From a phage, in the sequence record PZ452582.1: a stretch of DNA of 64,000 bases; one strand, given 5' to 3'. The notes under the pieces are model-generated. The model was not told where the DNA came from. It searched no databases and saw nothing but the letters and a program-made list of their open reading frames with translations. This document shows positions 9,009 through 18,236 of this stretch, in pieces. The translations under genes and the position numbers were made by a program. The stretch's first letter is position 1, and every line of letters begins with the position of its first letter.

Positions 9009-9334
9009 TGACAGACACACAGCTTTTCGAATATCTCTATTTTTCGCCAAAAACTATTAAAAATAAATTGGTAAATCATTTTGAAATTTTGGCAAATAAC
9101 AACATTTTAAGCGAATTTTATCCCAAGCAATACAAATTACAAAAAGGCGTATTCAAAGGATGCAGAGTTTTGTGCACTGCTCCTAACGCGCAGTTAATGA
9201 ATAAAATTCCATATTTTACCATGGAATTTATTGATGGACCTTTTAAAGGACTAATCACCCAAAGTTTAATGGCATATGATTCTGAGCCATTTTTAATTAA
9301 AGAACAATCTTGGATAAATTTATTTTCTAATTGA
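9008..9334 (+). CDS. hypothetical protein (108 aa)
   Basis: ATG overlaps upstream stop (TAATG); track ORF started earlier at a non-ATG codon. Confidence 0.5.
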   Translation: MTDTQLFEYLYFSPKTIKNKLVNHFEILANNNILSEFYPKQYKLQKGVFKGCRVLCTAPNAQLMNKIPYFTMEFIDGPFKGLITQSLMAYDSEPFLIKEQSWINLFSN

Positions 9335-9341
9335 GGTTTAT

Positions 9342-9704
9342 ATGAAAGCATATCAAATTCTTGAAGGCACACATAAAGGTACTATTTATTTTGAAGATGG
9401 TATTCAAGCACGAATTATTGTCTCTAAAACCTTTAAAGAGGACTCTTTTGTAGACCCGGAAATTTTCTACGGTTTGCATGCCCGTGAAATTGAAATTGAA
9501 ACACAACCTACAGTTAAAATTGAAGGTGGTCAACACCTGAACGTTAACGTTCTGCGTCGTGAAACTCTGGAAGATGCAGTTAAGCATCCGGAAAAATATC
9601 CGCAGCTGACCATCCGTGTATCCGGTTATGCAGTTCGCTTTAACTCTCTGACTCCGGAACAGCAGCGCGACGTTATCGCTCGTACCTTTACTGAGAGTTT
9701 GTAA
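9342..9704 (+). CDS. autonomous glycyl-radical cofactor, GrcA/YfiD-like (T4 Y06I-like)
   Basis: C-terminal 63 aa match recalled E. coli GrcA incl. RVSGYAVRF glycyl-radical motif; SD gagg. Confidence 0.85.
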   Translation: MKAYQILEGTHKGTIYFEDGIQARIIVSKTFKEDSFVDPEIFYGLHAREIEIETQPTVKIEGGQHLNVNVLRRETLEDAVKHPEKYPQLTIRVSGYAVRFNSLTPEQQRDVIARTFTESL

Positions 9705-9925
9705 TGGCAAAGATAATTATTGAAGGTTCTAAAGATGTGCTAAATGCTTTCGCCAAGTGGTTTAGTAATTCAGGCGAACAGCAATTTAACGAAGCCTGGA
9801 ATATGGGTGATATTGATGGAATTTATCCTACGACAGAAATTTCTGTTCAGGGATATGGCATTCATGAACCTATTCGTTTAGTTGAATATGATTTATGTAC
9901 TGGTGAGGAAGTCAAATATGATTGA
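9704..9925 (+). CDS. hypothetical protein (73 aa)
   Basis: ATG overlapping upstream stop. Confidence 0.5.
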   Translation: MAKIIIEGSKDVLNAFAKWFSNSGEQQFNEAWNMGDIDGIYPTTEISVQGYGIHEPIRLVEYDLCTGEEVKYD

Positions 9926-10184
9926 AGACATTAAAGGTTATAAGCCGCATACTGAAGAGAAAATCGGTAAAGTGAATGCTATCAAAGACGCTGAAGTTCG
10001 TTTAGGACTTATCTTTGATGCTTTATACGATGAATTTTGGGAAGCATTTGATAGCTGTGAAGATGATGAACTCGCGAAGAATTACGCCGAAAGCCTCGAT
10101 CAGTTAACTATTGCTAAAACGAAACTCAAAGAAGCTAGTATGTGGGCTTGTCGCGCAGTGTTCCAACCAGAGGAAAAATACTAA
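9918..10184 (+). CDS. hypothetical protein (88 aa)
   Basis: ATG 9918 with SD gagga; track ORF started at 9882. Confidence 0.5.
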   Translation: MIEDIKGYKPHTEEKIGKVNAIKDAEVRLGLIFDALYDEFWEAFDSCEDDELAKNYAESLDQLTIAKTKLKEASMWACRAVFQPEEKY

Positions 10185-10462
10185 TGGCTCAATTAAGCGC
10201 AGGGTTTGGTTATGAGTATTATACTGCCCCTCGTCGTGTATCTGTTGCTCCTAAGAAAATTCAAAGTCTTGATGATTTCCAGGAAGTAGTTCGTAACGCT
10301 TTTCAGGACTATGCACGTTATCTTAAAGAAGATTCACAGGACTGTCTCGAAGAAGATGAAATTGCTTACTATGAACAGCGTCTTGAACAGCTTAAAAACT
10401 TACATGAGGTTCGTGCAGAAGTTTCAAAGTCTATGAATAAATTGATCAGATTTAAAGAATAA
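10184..10462 (+). CDS. hypothetical protein (92 aa)
   Basis: TAATG overlap with upstream gene; SD gagga. Confidence 0.5.
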   Translation: MAQLSAGFGYEYYTAPRRVSVAPKKIQSLDDFQEVVRNAFQDYARYLKEDSQDCLEEDEIAYYEQRLEQLKNLHEVRAEVSKSMNKLIRFKE

Positions 10463-10465
10463 TTG

Positions 10466-10494
10466 TTTACTTTTCCTCTTGACTGTGGTATAAT
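10466..10494 (+). promoter_or_regulatory. early promoter (TTTACT-17-TATAAT)
   Basis: GTTTAC motif with consensus -10 upstream of regB. Confidence 0.75.
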
Positions 10495-10521
10495 TTTTCT
10501 ATCAGTTAAGAGGAGAATAAC

Positions 10522-10983
10522 ATGACTATCAATACAGAAGTTTTTATCCGTCGAAATAAGCTTCGTCGTCACTTTGAGTCGGAGTTTCGTCAAATTAACA
10601 ATGAGATTCGTGAGGCATCAAAAGCAGCAGGAGTCTCATCGTTTCATCTAAAATATTCTCAGCATCTTCTTGATCGCGCAATTCAACGGGAGATTGATGA
10701 GACATACGTTTTTGAATTATTCCATAAAATAAAAGACCATGTTTTAGAAGTTAATGAATTCCTGAGTATGCCTCCGCGTCCTGACATTGACGAGGATTTT
10801 ATTGATGGGGTTGAATATCGTCCTGGACGTTTAGAAATCACAGATGGAAATCTTTGGCTTGGATTTACAGTTTGTAAGCCTAATGAGAAGTTCAAAAACC
10901 CGTCACTTCAATGCAGGATGGCAATTATCAACAGTCGTCGTTTACCAGGAAAGGCTTCTAAAGCAGTAATTAAAACTCAATGA
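10522..10983 (+). CDS. regB: RegB site-specific endoribonuclease
   Basis: 153 aa, position between vs.x genes and vs, strong SD gaggag; matches T4 RegB size and context. Confidence 0.8.
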   Translation: MTINTEVFIRRNKLRRHFESEFRQINNEIREASKAAGVSSFHLKYSQHLLDRAIQREIDETYVFELFHKIKDHVLEVNEFLSMPPRPDIDEDFIDGVEYRPGRLEITDGNLWLGFTVCKPNEKFKNPSLQCRMAIINSRRLPGKASKAVIKTQ

Positions 10984-10990
10984 GGTAAGC

Positions 10991-11536
10991 ATGAGAAAAG
11001 CACTACTCGCTGGTCTATTGGCCATTTCAATGATGGCACATAGCTCCGAGCATACTTTCAGTAATGTCCAACTCGATAACATGCGTTACGCGTATCAATT
11101 CGGGGAACAATTTTCTAAGGATGGAAAATATAAAACACACAAAAATATCCACAAGAGCGGATTAGGTCATATAATGGCTGCTATTTTATGGCAAGAAAGC
11201 TCTGGCGGAGTTAATTTAAAATCTAAACCAAAGCATCACGCCTACGGAATGTTCCAAAATTATTTGCCTACTATGCGAGCAAGAGTTAAGGAACTTGGTT
11301 ATAATATGACCGATGCTGAAATAAAAAGAATGTTGAATAAACGGTCCAATTCAGCTTCCTGGGCGTACATTGAACTTTCTTATTGGTTAAATATACATAA
11401 GGGCGATATAAGAAAAGCAATATCCTCTTATAATTCGGGATGGAATGTTAAAGCTGGTTCTAAATATGCTTCTGAAGTCCTAGAAAAGGCTAATTACCTT
11501 AAAAATAATAAACTTTTGGAAATAGTAAATGACTAA
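10991..11536 (+). CDS. secreted lytic transglycosylase-like protein (T4 vs.1-like)
   Basis: Signal peptide MRKALLAGLLAISMMAHS; SLT motifs LWQESSGG and AYGMFQ. Confidence 0.65.
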   Translation: MRKALLAGLLAISMMAHSSEHTFSNVQLDNMRYAYQFGEQFSKDGKYKTHKNIHKSGLGHIMAAILWQESSGGVNLKSKPKHHAYGMFQNYLPTMRARVKELGYNMTDAEIKRMLNKRSNSASWAYIELSYWLNIHKGDIRKAISSYNSGWNVKAGSKYASEVLEKANYLKNNKLLEIVND

Positions 11537-11876
11537 AATTTTGGTTTTATGTATAGGATTAATTTCATTTTCTGCTTCTGCATCAGCAGATACATCATAT
11601 ACTGAAATTAGAGAATATGTAAACCGTACTGCAGCGGATTATTGCGGGAAAAATAAAGCATGCCAAGCTGAATTTGCGCAGAAATTAATATATGCATATA
11701 AAGACGGAGAAAGAGATAAATCAAGCAGATACAAAAATGATACATTGTTAAAACGATATGCTAAAAAGTGGAATACCTTAGAATGTTCAGTTGCGGAGGA
11801 GAAAGATAAAGCCGCTTGTCATTCAATGGTTGACCGTTTGGTAGATTCTTATAATCGAGGATTGAGTACTAGATGA
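11529..11876 (+). CDS. vs: Vs-like protein (valyl-tRNA synthetase modifier position), signal peptide
   Basis: 115 aa at the vs position upstream of tk; N-terminal signal-like segment. Confidence 0.45.
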   Translation: MTKILVLCIGLISFSASASADTSYTEIREYVNRTAADYCGKNKACQAEFAQKLIYAYKDGERDKSSRYKNDTLLKRYAKKWNTLECSVAEEKDKAACHSMVDRLVDSYNRGLSTR

Positions 11877-12352
11877 TTGTAAAATATATCAAGGGCGATA
11901 TTGTCGCCCTATTTCTTCAAGGTAATATTATTGCGCACGGGTGCAATTGTTTTCATACTATGGGTTCAGGTGTAGCTGGTCAATTAGCAAGAGCCTATCC
12001 CAAAATTTTAGAAATAGATAAAACCACTACTGAGTACGGTTCTCGTGATAAATTAGGCGATATGTCTATTGTTTTTAAACATAAACCTAATGGTTTTGGT
12101 ATATGCTATAACCTGTATACGCAATACGAACCAGGTCCTAATCTTGATTATGGTGCTTTAGTAAACTGCATGATAGAATTAAATCTACAGGCAGAAACCC
12201 TTTTGTTTAAACCAGTAATTTACATTCCACGCATAGGTTGTGGTATTGCTGGCGGCGATTGGGATAAGGTTTCTAAATTAATCGACATGTTTACTCCTGA
12301 TATTGATTTAATAGTGGTGGATTATGAAAGTACATTACCCACATCCGTTTGA
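11873..12352 (+). CDS. macro-domain protein (ADP-ribose binding/processing fold)
   Basis: GDIVALF...AHGCNC...GSGVAGQL and IGCGIAGG parallel the macro-domain GDIT/NAAN/GGGV/G-x-G motifs. Confidence 0.6.
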   Translation: MIVKYIKGDIVALFLQGNIIAHGCNCFHTMGSGVAGQLARAYPKILEIDKTTTEYGSRDKLGDMSIVFKHKPNGFGICYNLYTQYEPGPNLDYGALVNCMIELNLQAETLLFKPVIYIPRIGCGIAGGDWDKVSKLIDMFTPDIDLIVVDYESTLPTSV

Positions 12353-12536
12353 TCCTAAAAACAAAGTGGAAATTATTCGTCAATGGGAACGCATTTGCCG
12401 TACTAAATGTCCAATTAATAGTCCACATGATGTAGATAAAGACTACATTGGAACATTCGTTGAATATACCTTTATTGATAAGAAAGGTCGTAAACAACAT
12501 GTAGAAGAATATTGCTTAAAGGTTACATGGTTATGA
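12324..12536 (+). CDS. hypothetical protein (70 aa)
   Basis: ATG ORF overlapping the 3' end of the macro gene by 29 nt. Confidence 0.4.
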   Translation: MKVHYPHPFDPKNKVEIIRQWERICRTKCPINSPHDVDKDYIGTFVEYTFIDKKGRKQHVEEYCLKVTWL

Positions 12537-12739
12537 GCCAAACTAGTATTCTTAAAAATGCCCATTGTGAAAAGTGTAAATGGCCTGTTGTTTTTGCTTT
12601 ATGTAATGATGAAATGGCTTGTGATTTCGATTATTGGTGCTATTGTTCTAATAAAGGATGCATCAATCATAAAGGTGAAGGATTTTATTCAGGATTTTAT
12701 CCTTATCCTGATTTCGTTAAAGAAGGTAAACCAAAATGA
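12527..12739 (+). CDS. Cys-rich small protein (about 70 aa), zinc-finger-like
   Basis: CEKCKW...C-x...CDFDYWCYCSNKGC cysteine clusters; start ATG 12527 or 12533. Confidence 0.45.
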   Translation: MVMSQTSILKNAHCEKCKWPVVFALCNDEMACDFDYWCYCSNKGCINHKGEGFYSGFYPYPDFVKEGKPK

Positions 12740-12909
12740 ATAGTTTTGAGTTACAATACGAAGTGTTACGTGAGCTTGATAATTTAATTGAACTCGCTGT
12801 TAATAAAGGTTTTGCCATTGGAATCGGTCAAAAAGATACTGGTCATTTAACTATGGAAATATTTAAGCAAAAGCGAATTATTTTAAAACTCCTGGAAATT
12901 AATATATGA
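12736..12909 (+). CDS. hypothetical small protein (57 aa)
   Basis: ATGA overlap with upstream stop and with next start; below track size cutoff. Confidence 0.4.
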   Translation: MNSFELQYEVLRELDNLIELAVNKGFAIGIGQKDTGHLTMEIFKQKRIILKLLEINI

Positions 12910-13091
12910 GTCTGAGTAAAGAACAAAAAGATAAATTGTTTGAGCTTATCCATGAACTTCTAGATGAGCATATAGAAGCAAACACCTTTTATGATGAATA
13001 CGGCCCGCTATCTCCCGAACAGCAGGAAGAATTTGCTGATCGGTTTGATAAGAAAGAAAATGAATTAATAGCTTATGTGAATACGCTTTAA
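12906..13091 (+). CDS. hypothetical acidic protein (61 aa)
   Basis: ATG ORF coupled to upstream. Confidence 0.5.
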   Translation: MSLSKEQKDKLFELIHELLDEHIEANTFYDEYGPLSPEQQEEFADRFDKKENELIAYVNTL

Positions 13092-13100
13092 GAAGGTGAT

Positions 13101-13682
13101 ATGGCGAGTTTAATTTTTACTTATGCAGCAATGAATGCTGGAAAATCTGCTTCTCTTTTGACTGCTGCACATAATTATAAAGAACGTGGAATGAGTGTAT
13201 TAGTTCTTAAGCCTGCTATTGATACTCGCGATTCTGTCTGTGAAGTTGTTTCTCGCATTGGAATTAAACAGGAAGCGAATATTATTACAGATGATATGGA
13301 TATTTTCGAGTTCTATAAATGGGCTGAAGCACAAAAAGATATTCATTGCGTATTTGTAGATGAAGCTCAGTTTTTAAAAACTGAACAAGTGCATCAATTA
13401 AGTCGAATTGTTGATACATATAATGTTCCTGTTATGGCTTATGGATTAAGGACTGATTTCGCTGGAAAATTGTTTGAAGGTTCTAAAGAACTTTTAGCGA
13501 TTGCAGATAAACTTATTGAACTAAAGGCAGTTTGTCATTGCGGCAAAAAAGCGATTATGACAGCTCGATTAATGGAAGATGGAACACCAGTTAAAGAAGG
13601 TAATCAAATCTGTATTGGTGATGAAATTTATGTTTCTTTGTGTAGAAAACATTGGAATGAATTAACTAAAAAGCTCGGTTAG
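13101..13682 (+). CDS. tk: thymidine kinase
   Basis: 193 aa; P-loop NAGKSASLL; strong similarity to recalled T4 Tk. Confidence 0.95.
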   Translation: MASLIFTYAAMNAGKSASLLTAAHNYKERGMSVLVLKPAIDTRDSVCEVVSRIGIKQEANIITDDMDIFEFYKWAEAQKDIHCVFVDEAQFLKTEQVHQLSRIVDTYNVPVMAYGLRTDFAGKLFEGSKELLAIADKLIELKAVCHCGKKAIMTARLMEDGTPVKEGNQICIGDEIYVSLCRKHWNELTKKLG

Positions 13683-13691
13683 TGCAAAAGT

Positions 13692-13699
13692 TATAAATA
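13692..13699 (+). promoter_or_regulatory. T4-type late promoter core TATAAATA
   Basis: Exact TATAAATA 26 nt upstream of ATG 13725. Confidence 0.55.
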
Positions 13700-13724
13700 G
13701 GTTTATCTAACTAAAGGGGTATAT

Positions 13725-13937
13725 ATGCTACAATTAACTGAAAAGCAACTTCGCAATCTTACTGTGCTTCAATTAGATGAAATTCGTAGGGAAGTTGGAA
13801 ATGTTATTTCAGCTTTGCGTCGAGAAGTATCACTCAACCAATCTCCGGCAGACTATACTAGATTGCGAAATTTTGAAAAATACCTTGATAAAGTTAAGGC
13901 CGTGCATCGGCATAAAGTAAATACAGGACAAAAATGA
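13725..13937 (+). CDS. hypothetical protein (70 aa)
   Basis: SD aaagggg; late promoter upstream. Confidence 0.55.
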   Translation: MLQLTEKQLRNLTVLQLDEIRREVGNVISALRREVSLNQSPADYTRLRNFEKYLDKVKAVHRHKVNTGQK

Positions 13938-13949
13938 TAGGAGGCCTTT

Positions 13950-14243
13950 ATGGCCTTAAAAGCAACGGCACTATTTGCCATGCTAGGATTGTCATTTGTT
14001 TTATCTCCATCGATTGAAGCGAATGTCGATCCTCATTTTGATAAATTTATGGAATCTGGTATTAGGCACGTTTATATGCTTTTTGAAAATAAAAGCGTAG
14101 AATCGTCTGAACAATTCTATAGTTTTATGAGAACGACCTATAAAAATGACCCGTGCTCTTCTGATTTTGAATGTATAGAACGAGGCGCGGAGATGGCACA
14201 ATCATACGCTAGAATTATGAACATTAAATTGGAGACTGAATGA
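13950..14243 (+). CDS. rI: lysis inhibition regulator rI
   Basis: 97 aa with N-terminal signal-anchor; matches recalled T4 RI length and context next to tk. Confidence 0.85.
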   Translation: MALKATALFAMLGLSFVLSPSIEANVDPHFDKFMESGIRHVYMLFENKSVESSEQFYSFMRTTYKNDPCSSDFECIERGAEMAQSYARIMNIKLETE

Positions 14244-14626
14244 AATTCAGCGACTTTTCACAAAGTGGAAAACCTTCAAAGGCAGATGAATACTTAGGTT
14301 TATTAATGGCTGCACAAGCTTATTTTCATTCTGCACATTTTGAAACTAAAAGTTATGCTAGACACAAAGCATACGATTTTATTTTCTCCGAGTTGCCAGA
14401 TTTGATTGATAAATTTGGTGAGCAATATTTGGGGTATTCTGGTAGAAAATACACACCTTCAATTCCAGATGCCAGTAAACTTCCTACCGACACAATTAAA
14501 ATGATTGATCGCATACTAGACCAATCTAACAGCATTTATAAAGAAATGCCTCCAGCCATTCAAAGCACGATAGATGATATTACTGGAATGTTTTACCAGA
14601 GTAAGTATCTTCTTTCCCTCGAATAA
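14240..14626 (+). CDS. hypothetical protein (128 aa)
   Basis: ATGA overlap with rI stop. Confidence 0.55.
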
Positions 14627-14630
14627 CATT

Positions 14631-14654
14631 AGTCTCCTTCGGGAGACTTTTTTC
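14631..14654 (+). terminator. rho-independent terminator (UUCG tetraloop)
   Basis: agtctcc-ttcg-ggagact followed by TTTTTT. Confidence 0.8.
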
Positions 14655-14664
14655 ATTTTACCGG

Positions 14665-14693
14665 TTTACTTTCCGTTTGAGCTGTGGTACTAT
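14665..14693 (+). promoter_or_regulatory. early promoter (TTTACT-17-TACTAT)
   Basis: GTTTAC motif; shares ggtactatacaactatc leader with other copies. Confidence 0.65.
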
Positions 14694-14721
14694 ACAACTA
14701 TCGGATAAAGAGGAGAACATC

Positions 14722-14910
14722 ATGAAAATTGAAGCACTCAATCAAGAAGGAAATATCTACGTCATCATTAATGGTGATTTTTTCGTCGACATGGATGAAG
14801 TTACTAGTGAAGAACTTGTAGAACTTCTTAAGAAACGTTATAATATGTGTGATGAAGTTGCAACTCACATGGCGTGTGCAATATTCTCTCTTTCATATGT
14901 GGTGGAATAA
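14722..14910 (+). CDS. hypothetical protein (62 aa)
   Basis: ATG with SD gaggag; track ORF began at TTG 14677 inside the promoter. Confidence 0.5.
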
Positions 14911-15113
14911 TGATTAGTATAGAGCAAGCAGATAAAATCAAGGAATTAGTGGCTTCAATTCGTAAAGCAGATGAGGAACTTAGTGACTTTGCTTGGTTTT
15001 CGTCAGGCATTGCAAATAAAGGTATTGATGAACTTGAAGCTAAAGTTGATAATGCTTTAGAAGCGTTAGATATGTTTCTTGATGAAATTATCGATCATAA
15101 TACGAGAGTTTAA
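14910..15113 (+). CDS. hypothetical protein (67 aa)
   Basis: TAATG overlap with upstream stop. Confidence 0.5.
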   Translation: MISIEQADKIKELVASIRKADEELSDFAWFSSGIANKGIDELEAKVDNALEALDMFLDEIIDHNTRV

Positions 15114-15115
15114 GT

Positions 15116-15310
15116 ATGCTAACACGCGAACAGTTTGAAAAAATCATTAAATTAGCACGTGATATTGAAATAGATTCATATCAATTAGCAGTTGAGCATT
15201 GTGAAGGATATTCATACGACGGTATAGAAGCAGCTAAAAAGGATTTGGATAAATCTAAAGCTAAGTTAGTTCAATATCTTGAAATGATTAGGTGGAATAA
15301 TGAAAACTGA
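15116..15310 (+). CDS. hypothetical protein (64 aa)
   Basis: ATG ORF. Confidence 0.5.
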   Translation: MLTREQFEKIIKLARDIEIDSYQLAVEHCEGYSYDGIEAAKKDLDKSKAKLVQYLEMIRWNNEN

Positions 15311-15473
15311 AAAGCAGATGTTTTTAATGAAACTAATTGAAGAATATGCTAATGCAGTTTCTGACTATGAGTATTCTGCTCGGGAAAGAGGCACAGCTTT
15401 CGCAAAAGAAGAAATGAAAATCATGGTTGATGCTCACACAAAGCTTCAGAATTTTATTGAAAACGTCATTTAA
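15300..15473 (+). CDS. hypothetical protein (57 aa)
   Basis: ATG overlapping upstream gene end; below track cutoff. Confidence 0.4.
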   Translation: MKTEKQMFLMKLIEEYANAVSDYEYSARERGTAFAKEEMKIMVDAHTKLQNFIENVI

Positions 15474-15476
15474 TGG

Positions 15477-15505
15477 TTTACAAGTTGGCAAGGTTATGGT
15501 ATAGT
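15477..15505 (+). promoter_or_regulatory. early promoter (TTTACA-17-TATAGT)
   Basis: GTTTAC motif. Confidence 0.6.
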
Positions 15506-15637
15506 AATCTTGTCAACTGTCAAGGAGAAGAGAATGAAAATTTTGTTTGTTGTGTATGTGATGATTCAATATAATTACCCAATGTTTACTTATAATCTGG
15601 TGAACAACATTATTGATATGATTCAGAGGAGTATACA

Positions 15638-16183
15638 ATGATGAGTGAGGCGAAACGATTAGTATTAGAAGTTAGTTCACTTTTTGGTGAATTGGCTATA
15701 GAAAAAGTAAATAATATGTATCGTTTGACACAAGAAGACGATATGCTATATTTTACGCCTAACGAAATTGTTCGTTTAACCCAAATTGAAAATTCTTATA
15801 CTGATAAAATTGTAAGCATTAATGATGAGCATAAAATTCATTTCTATTCTTTATGCCCAGGATTTAATATTGAAAGCGAGTCAATATGCTTATCAATTAA
15901 TAATTGGGATAATTTTATAACTAAGATTAAATATTTTTATTATTCTAATGAAAGAAAACATAGTTTAAAATGGTTTAAAAATTGCAATGCTATTATTACT
16001 AACGCTTGCAATCAGAATGATGAAACTGTTTTAAACGTATCAAAATGTTATGAAGATGGAGATGTCTTAACTATTCGTCAAATTGATGATTTTCGATCGC
16101 ATATTGTCACATTTACCAAAGACGAAGCTATTGCACTAAAGACTTATCTTGATTCTGTTATTCCAACTATGATTTCAAAGTGA
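15638..16183 (+). CDS. hypothetical protein (181 aa), paralog of 16190-16711
   Basis: Shared motifs GFNIE(S/D)E and C-terminal (A/E)(L/M)(K/I)(T/K)YL(D/T)(S/T)V(I/T)P(T/S)M. Confidence 0.6.
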   Translation: MMSEAKRLVLEVSSLFGELAIEKVNNMYRLTQEDDMLYFTPNEIVRLTQIENSYTDKIVSINDEHKIHFYSLCPGFNIESESICLSINNWDNFITKIKYFYYSNERKHSLKWFKNCNAIITNACNQNDETVLNVSKCYEDGDVLTIRQIDDFRSHIVTFTKDEAIALKTYLDSVIPTMISK

Positions 16184-16189
16184 GGAAAT

Positions 16190-16711
16190 ATGTTTATTTC
16201 AAGTGAAAGCGGTTTAATTCGTGTTGAATTTAAAAATGACATCTTTCTTAGTCAAGGAGATGATATTATTAAAATGAGTTATGACGAAATCAAGAAAATT
16301 TGTCATACTCTTGAAAGCCGTGGAAAAGTAAATGCTGTTATTGACATCGGTGATTTATGGGTAACACTTTATGAAGTATCCGAAGGATTTAACATTGAAG
16401 ATGAAAATAACATTTTAGCTATTGATAAAAGAAGTGATTTGTTTGATGTATTAAAAGTTTATGAACAGTCAAACGGTGGAAGAAAAGCTGTATTGATTTA
16501 TCAAAAACCACATTCGTGTGGAACTGCTTCAATCATTTCAAATATTGAAGGCGAAGTTGATACTTATATGTGTGTTTTAAAAGCCGGTGGTGACCGTCAT
16601 CCGGATTTTATTTCTATTCGTCAAAACAATGGAGAAATTTCATTATCAAAATCAGAAGCTGAAGCTATGATTAAGTATTTAACAACCGTTACGCCTTCAA
16701 TGAAAGGATAA
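16190..16711 (+). CDS. hypothetical protein (173 aa), paralog of 15638-16183
   Basis: SD gtgagga; shared motifs with upstream gene. Confidence 0.6.
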   Translation: MFISSESGLIRVEFKNDIFLSQGDDIIKMSYDEIKKICHTLESRGKVNAVIDIGDLWVTLYEVSEGFNIEDENNILAIDKRSDLFDVLKVYEQSNGGRKAVLIYQKPHSCGTASIISNIEGEVDTYMCVLKAGGDRHPDFISIRQNNGEISLSKSEAEAMIKYLTTVTPSMKG

Positions 16712-16713
16712 TT

Positions 16714-17175
16714 ATGATTATTAATGAAAACTCTTGGCACTATAAATTATTCAAATTGTTTAACGATGAATGGCAACGACCTAAGACACTATGCGCATAT
16801 TTTTGGTCTATTGCCATTCCTATATTTTTCGTTTCTATTTTTGGGTGTGCTATACTCGTAGGGCTAACAATTATTTGTGCAGAAAGCCTACAACGCTGGC
16901 TTATTTTTGGTAGTTTATGGACTCTTATTCCATCAGCATTTATACTTGCCATTTTGCTTGTTTTACTTATTATTGGTTCATTTGTTATTCCTGCACAACT
17001 GCATGAAAAATATAAAGATTATAAATGGAAAAAGGATTATGCTTTACATGTAGAAAATATTGATAGGGCGTATAAAGGTTTACCTCCTATTCAACCCAAG
17101 AAATCTATTATCGTCGAATTTTTAAAAGCGCGTAAAGCTAAAGTATGTCCTGTTATTGAATATAAGGCTGAATGA
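16714..17175 (+). CDS. membrane protein (153 aa, 3-4 TM helices)
   Basis: Long hydrophobic segments; overlaps next gene (ATGA). Confidence 0.6.
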   Translation: MIINENSWHYKLFKLFNDEWQRPKTLCAYFWSIAIPIFFVSIFGCAILVGLTIICAESLQRWLIFGSLWTLIPSAFILAILLVLLIIGSFVIPAQLHEKYKDYKWKKDYALHVENIDRAYKGLPPIQPKKSIIVEFLKARKAKVCPVIEYKAE

Positions 17176-18185
17176 TGAAAACAGTAATGAAAAGCTATTT
17201 TGGTAGTCATCTTTATGGAACTTCTACTCCAGAATCTGATGTAGATTTTAAAGAAATCTTTGTTCCTCCTGCTCGCGATATTCTTATCGGAAATGTTAAA
17301 GAGCATATGAGCAAAAACACTAACAATACATCATCTAAAAACACTAAAGATGATATTGACCATGAACTATACAGTCTTAAATATTTCTTTAAATTAGCAG
17401 CAGATGGTGAAACTGTAGCATTGGATATGCTTCACACTCCACCTGAACTAGTGGTTAAATCTGATTTGCCTGATGTGTGGAAGTTTATTCAAGACAACCG
17501 TTCTCGTTTTTATACGACTAACATGAAATCCTATTTAGGATATGTCCGCAAGCAAGCTTCTAAATACGGTGTCAAGGGTTCTCGTTTGGCTGCATTACGT
17601 GATGTATTGAAAGTAGTTAATCAAATCCCCGAGCAATGGGTTGATTACCAAGAAGACGGTTCCATTAAGCAGCGTCGCACTAAAGTTGAAGATATTAAGC
17701 ATCGTCTTCCAGAAAACGAATTCTGTGAATGGGTGTTCCATAATCATGAGAAAACAGGCCCACAAACGTTCTACACTGTGTTGGGTCGTAAATATCAGAC
17801 AACGCTTTCTCTTATTGAGCTTAAGCAGTCACTGAACAAATTAGATGCTGAATATGGTGAACGTGCTCGTAAGGCCGAAGCCAATGAAGGTATTGACTGG
17901 AAAGCTCTGAGTCATGCTTGCCGTGGTGGACTCCAACTATTGGAAATTTACAAAACTGGTGACTTGGTTTATCCACTCAAAGATGCTCCATTTATTCTCG
18001 ACGTGAAGTTGGGTAAACATCCATTTAAAACGGTTCAAGAGTTTTTGGAAGATGTGGTCGATCAAGTAGAAGCAGCATCTACTGAAGCTTCTAAGAACGG
18101 TATGCAGCAAAAAGTAGACATGGGTTTCTGGGATGACTTCCTTGAGAAGGTCTATCTTGAAAACCACCGAAGTTATTATAAATGA
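17172..18185 (+). CDS. nucleotidyltransferase-fold protein (Pol-beta superfamily-like), 337 aa
   Basis: N-terminal GSHLYGTSTPESDVDF matches the G-S-x(n)-[DE]-h-[DE] NTase signature. Confidence 0.6.
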   Translation: MMKTVMKSYFGSHLYGTSTPESDVDFKEIFVPPARDILIGNVKEHMSKNTNNTSSKNTKDDIDHELYSLKYFFKLAADGETVALDMLHTPPELVVKSDLPDVWKFIQDNRSRFYTTNMKSYLGYVRKQASKYGVKGSRLAALRDVLKVVNQIPEQWVDYQEDGSIKQRRTKVEDIKHRLPENEFCEWVFHNHEKTGPQTFYTVLGRKYQTTLSLIELKQSLNKLDAEYGERARKAEANEGIDWKALSHACRGGLQLLEIYKTGDLVYPLKDAPFILDVKLGKHPFKTVQEFLEDVVDQVEAASTEASKNGMQQKVDMGFWDDFLEKVYLENHRSYYK

Positions 18186-18187
18186 TA

Positions 18188-18211
18188 GGGAGCCTTCGGG
18201 CTCCCTTTTTT
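18188..18211 (+). terminator. rho-independent terminator (UUCG tetraloop)
   Basis: gggagcc-ttcg-ggctccc plus TTTTTT. Confidence 0.8.
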
Positions 18212-18236
18212 ATTTCAAAAATTTTTCACAAAACTG

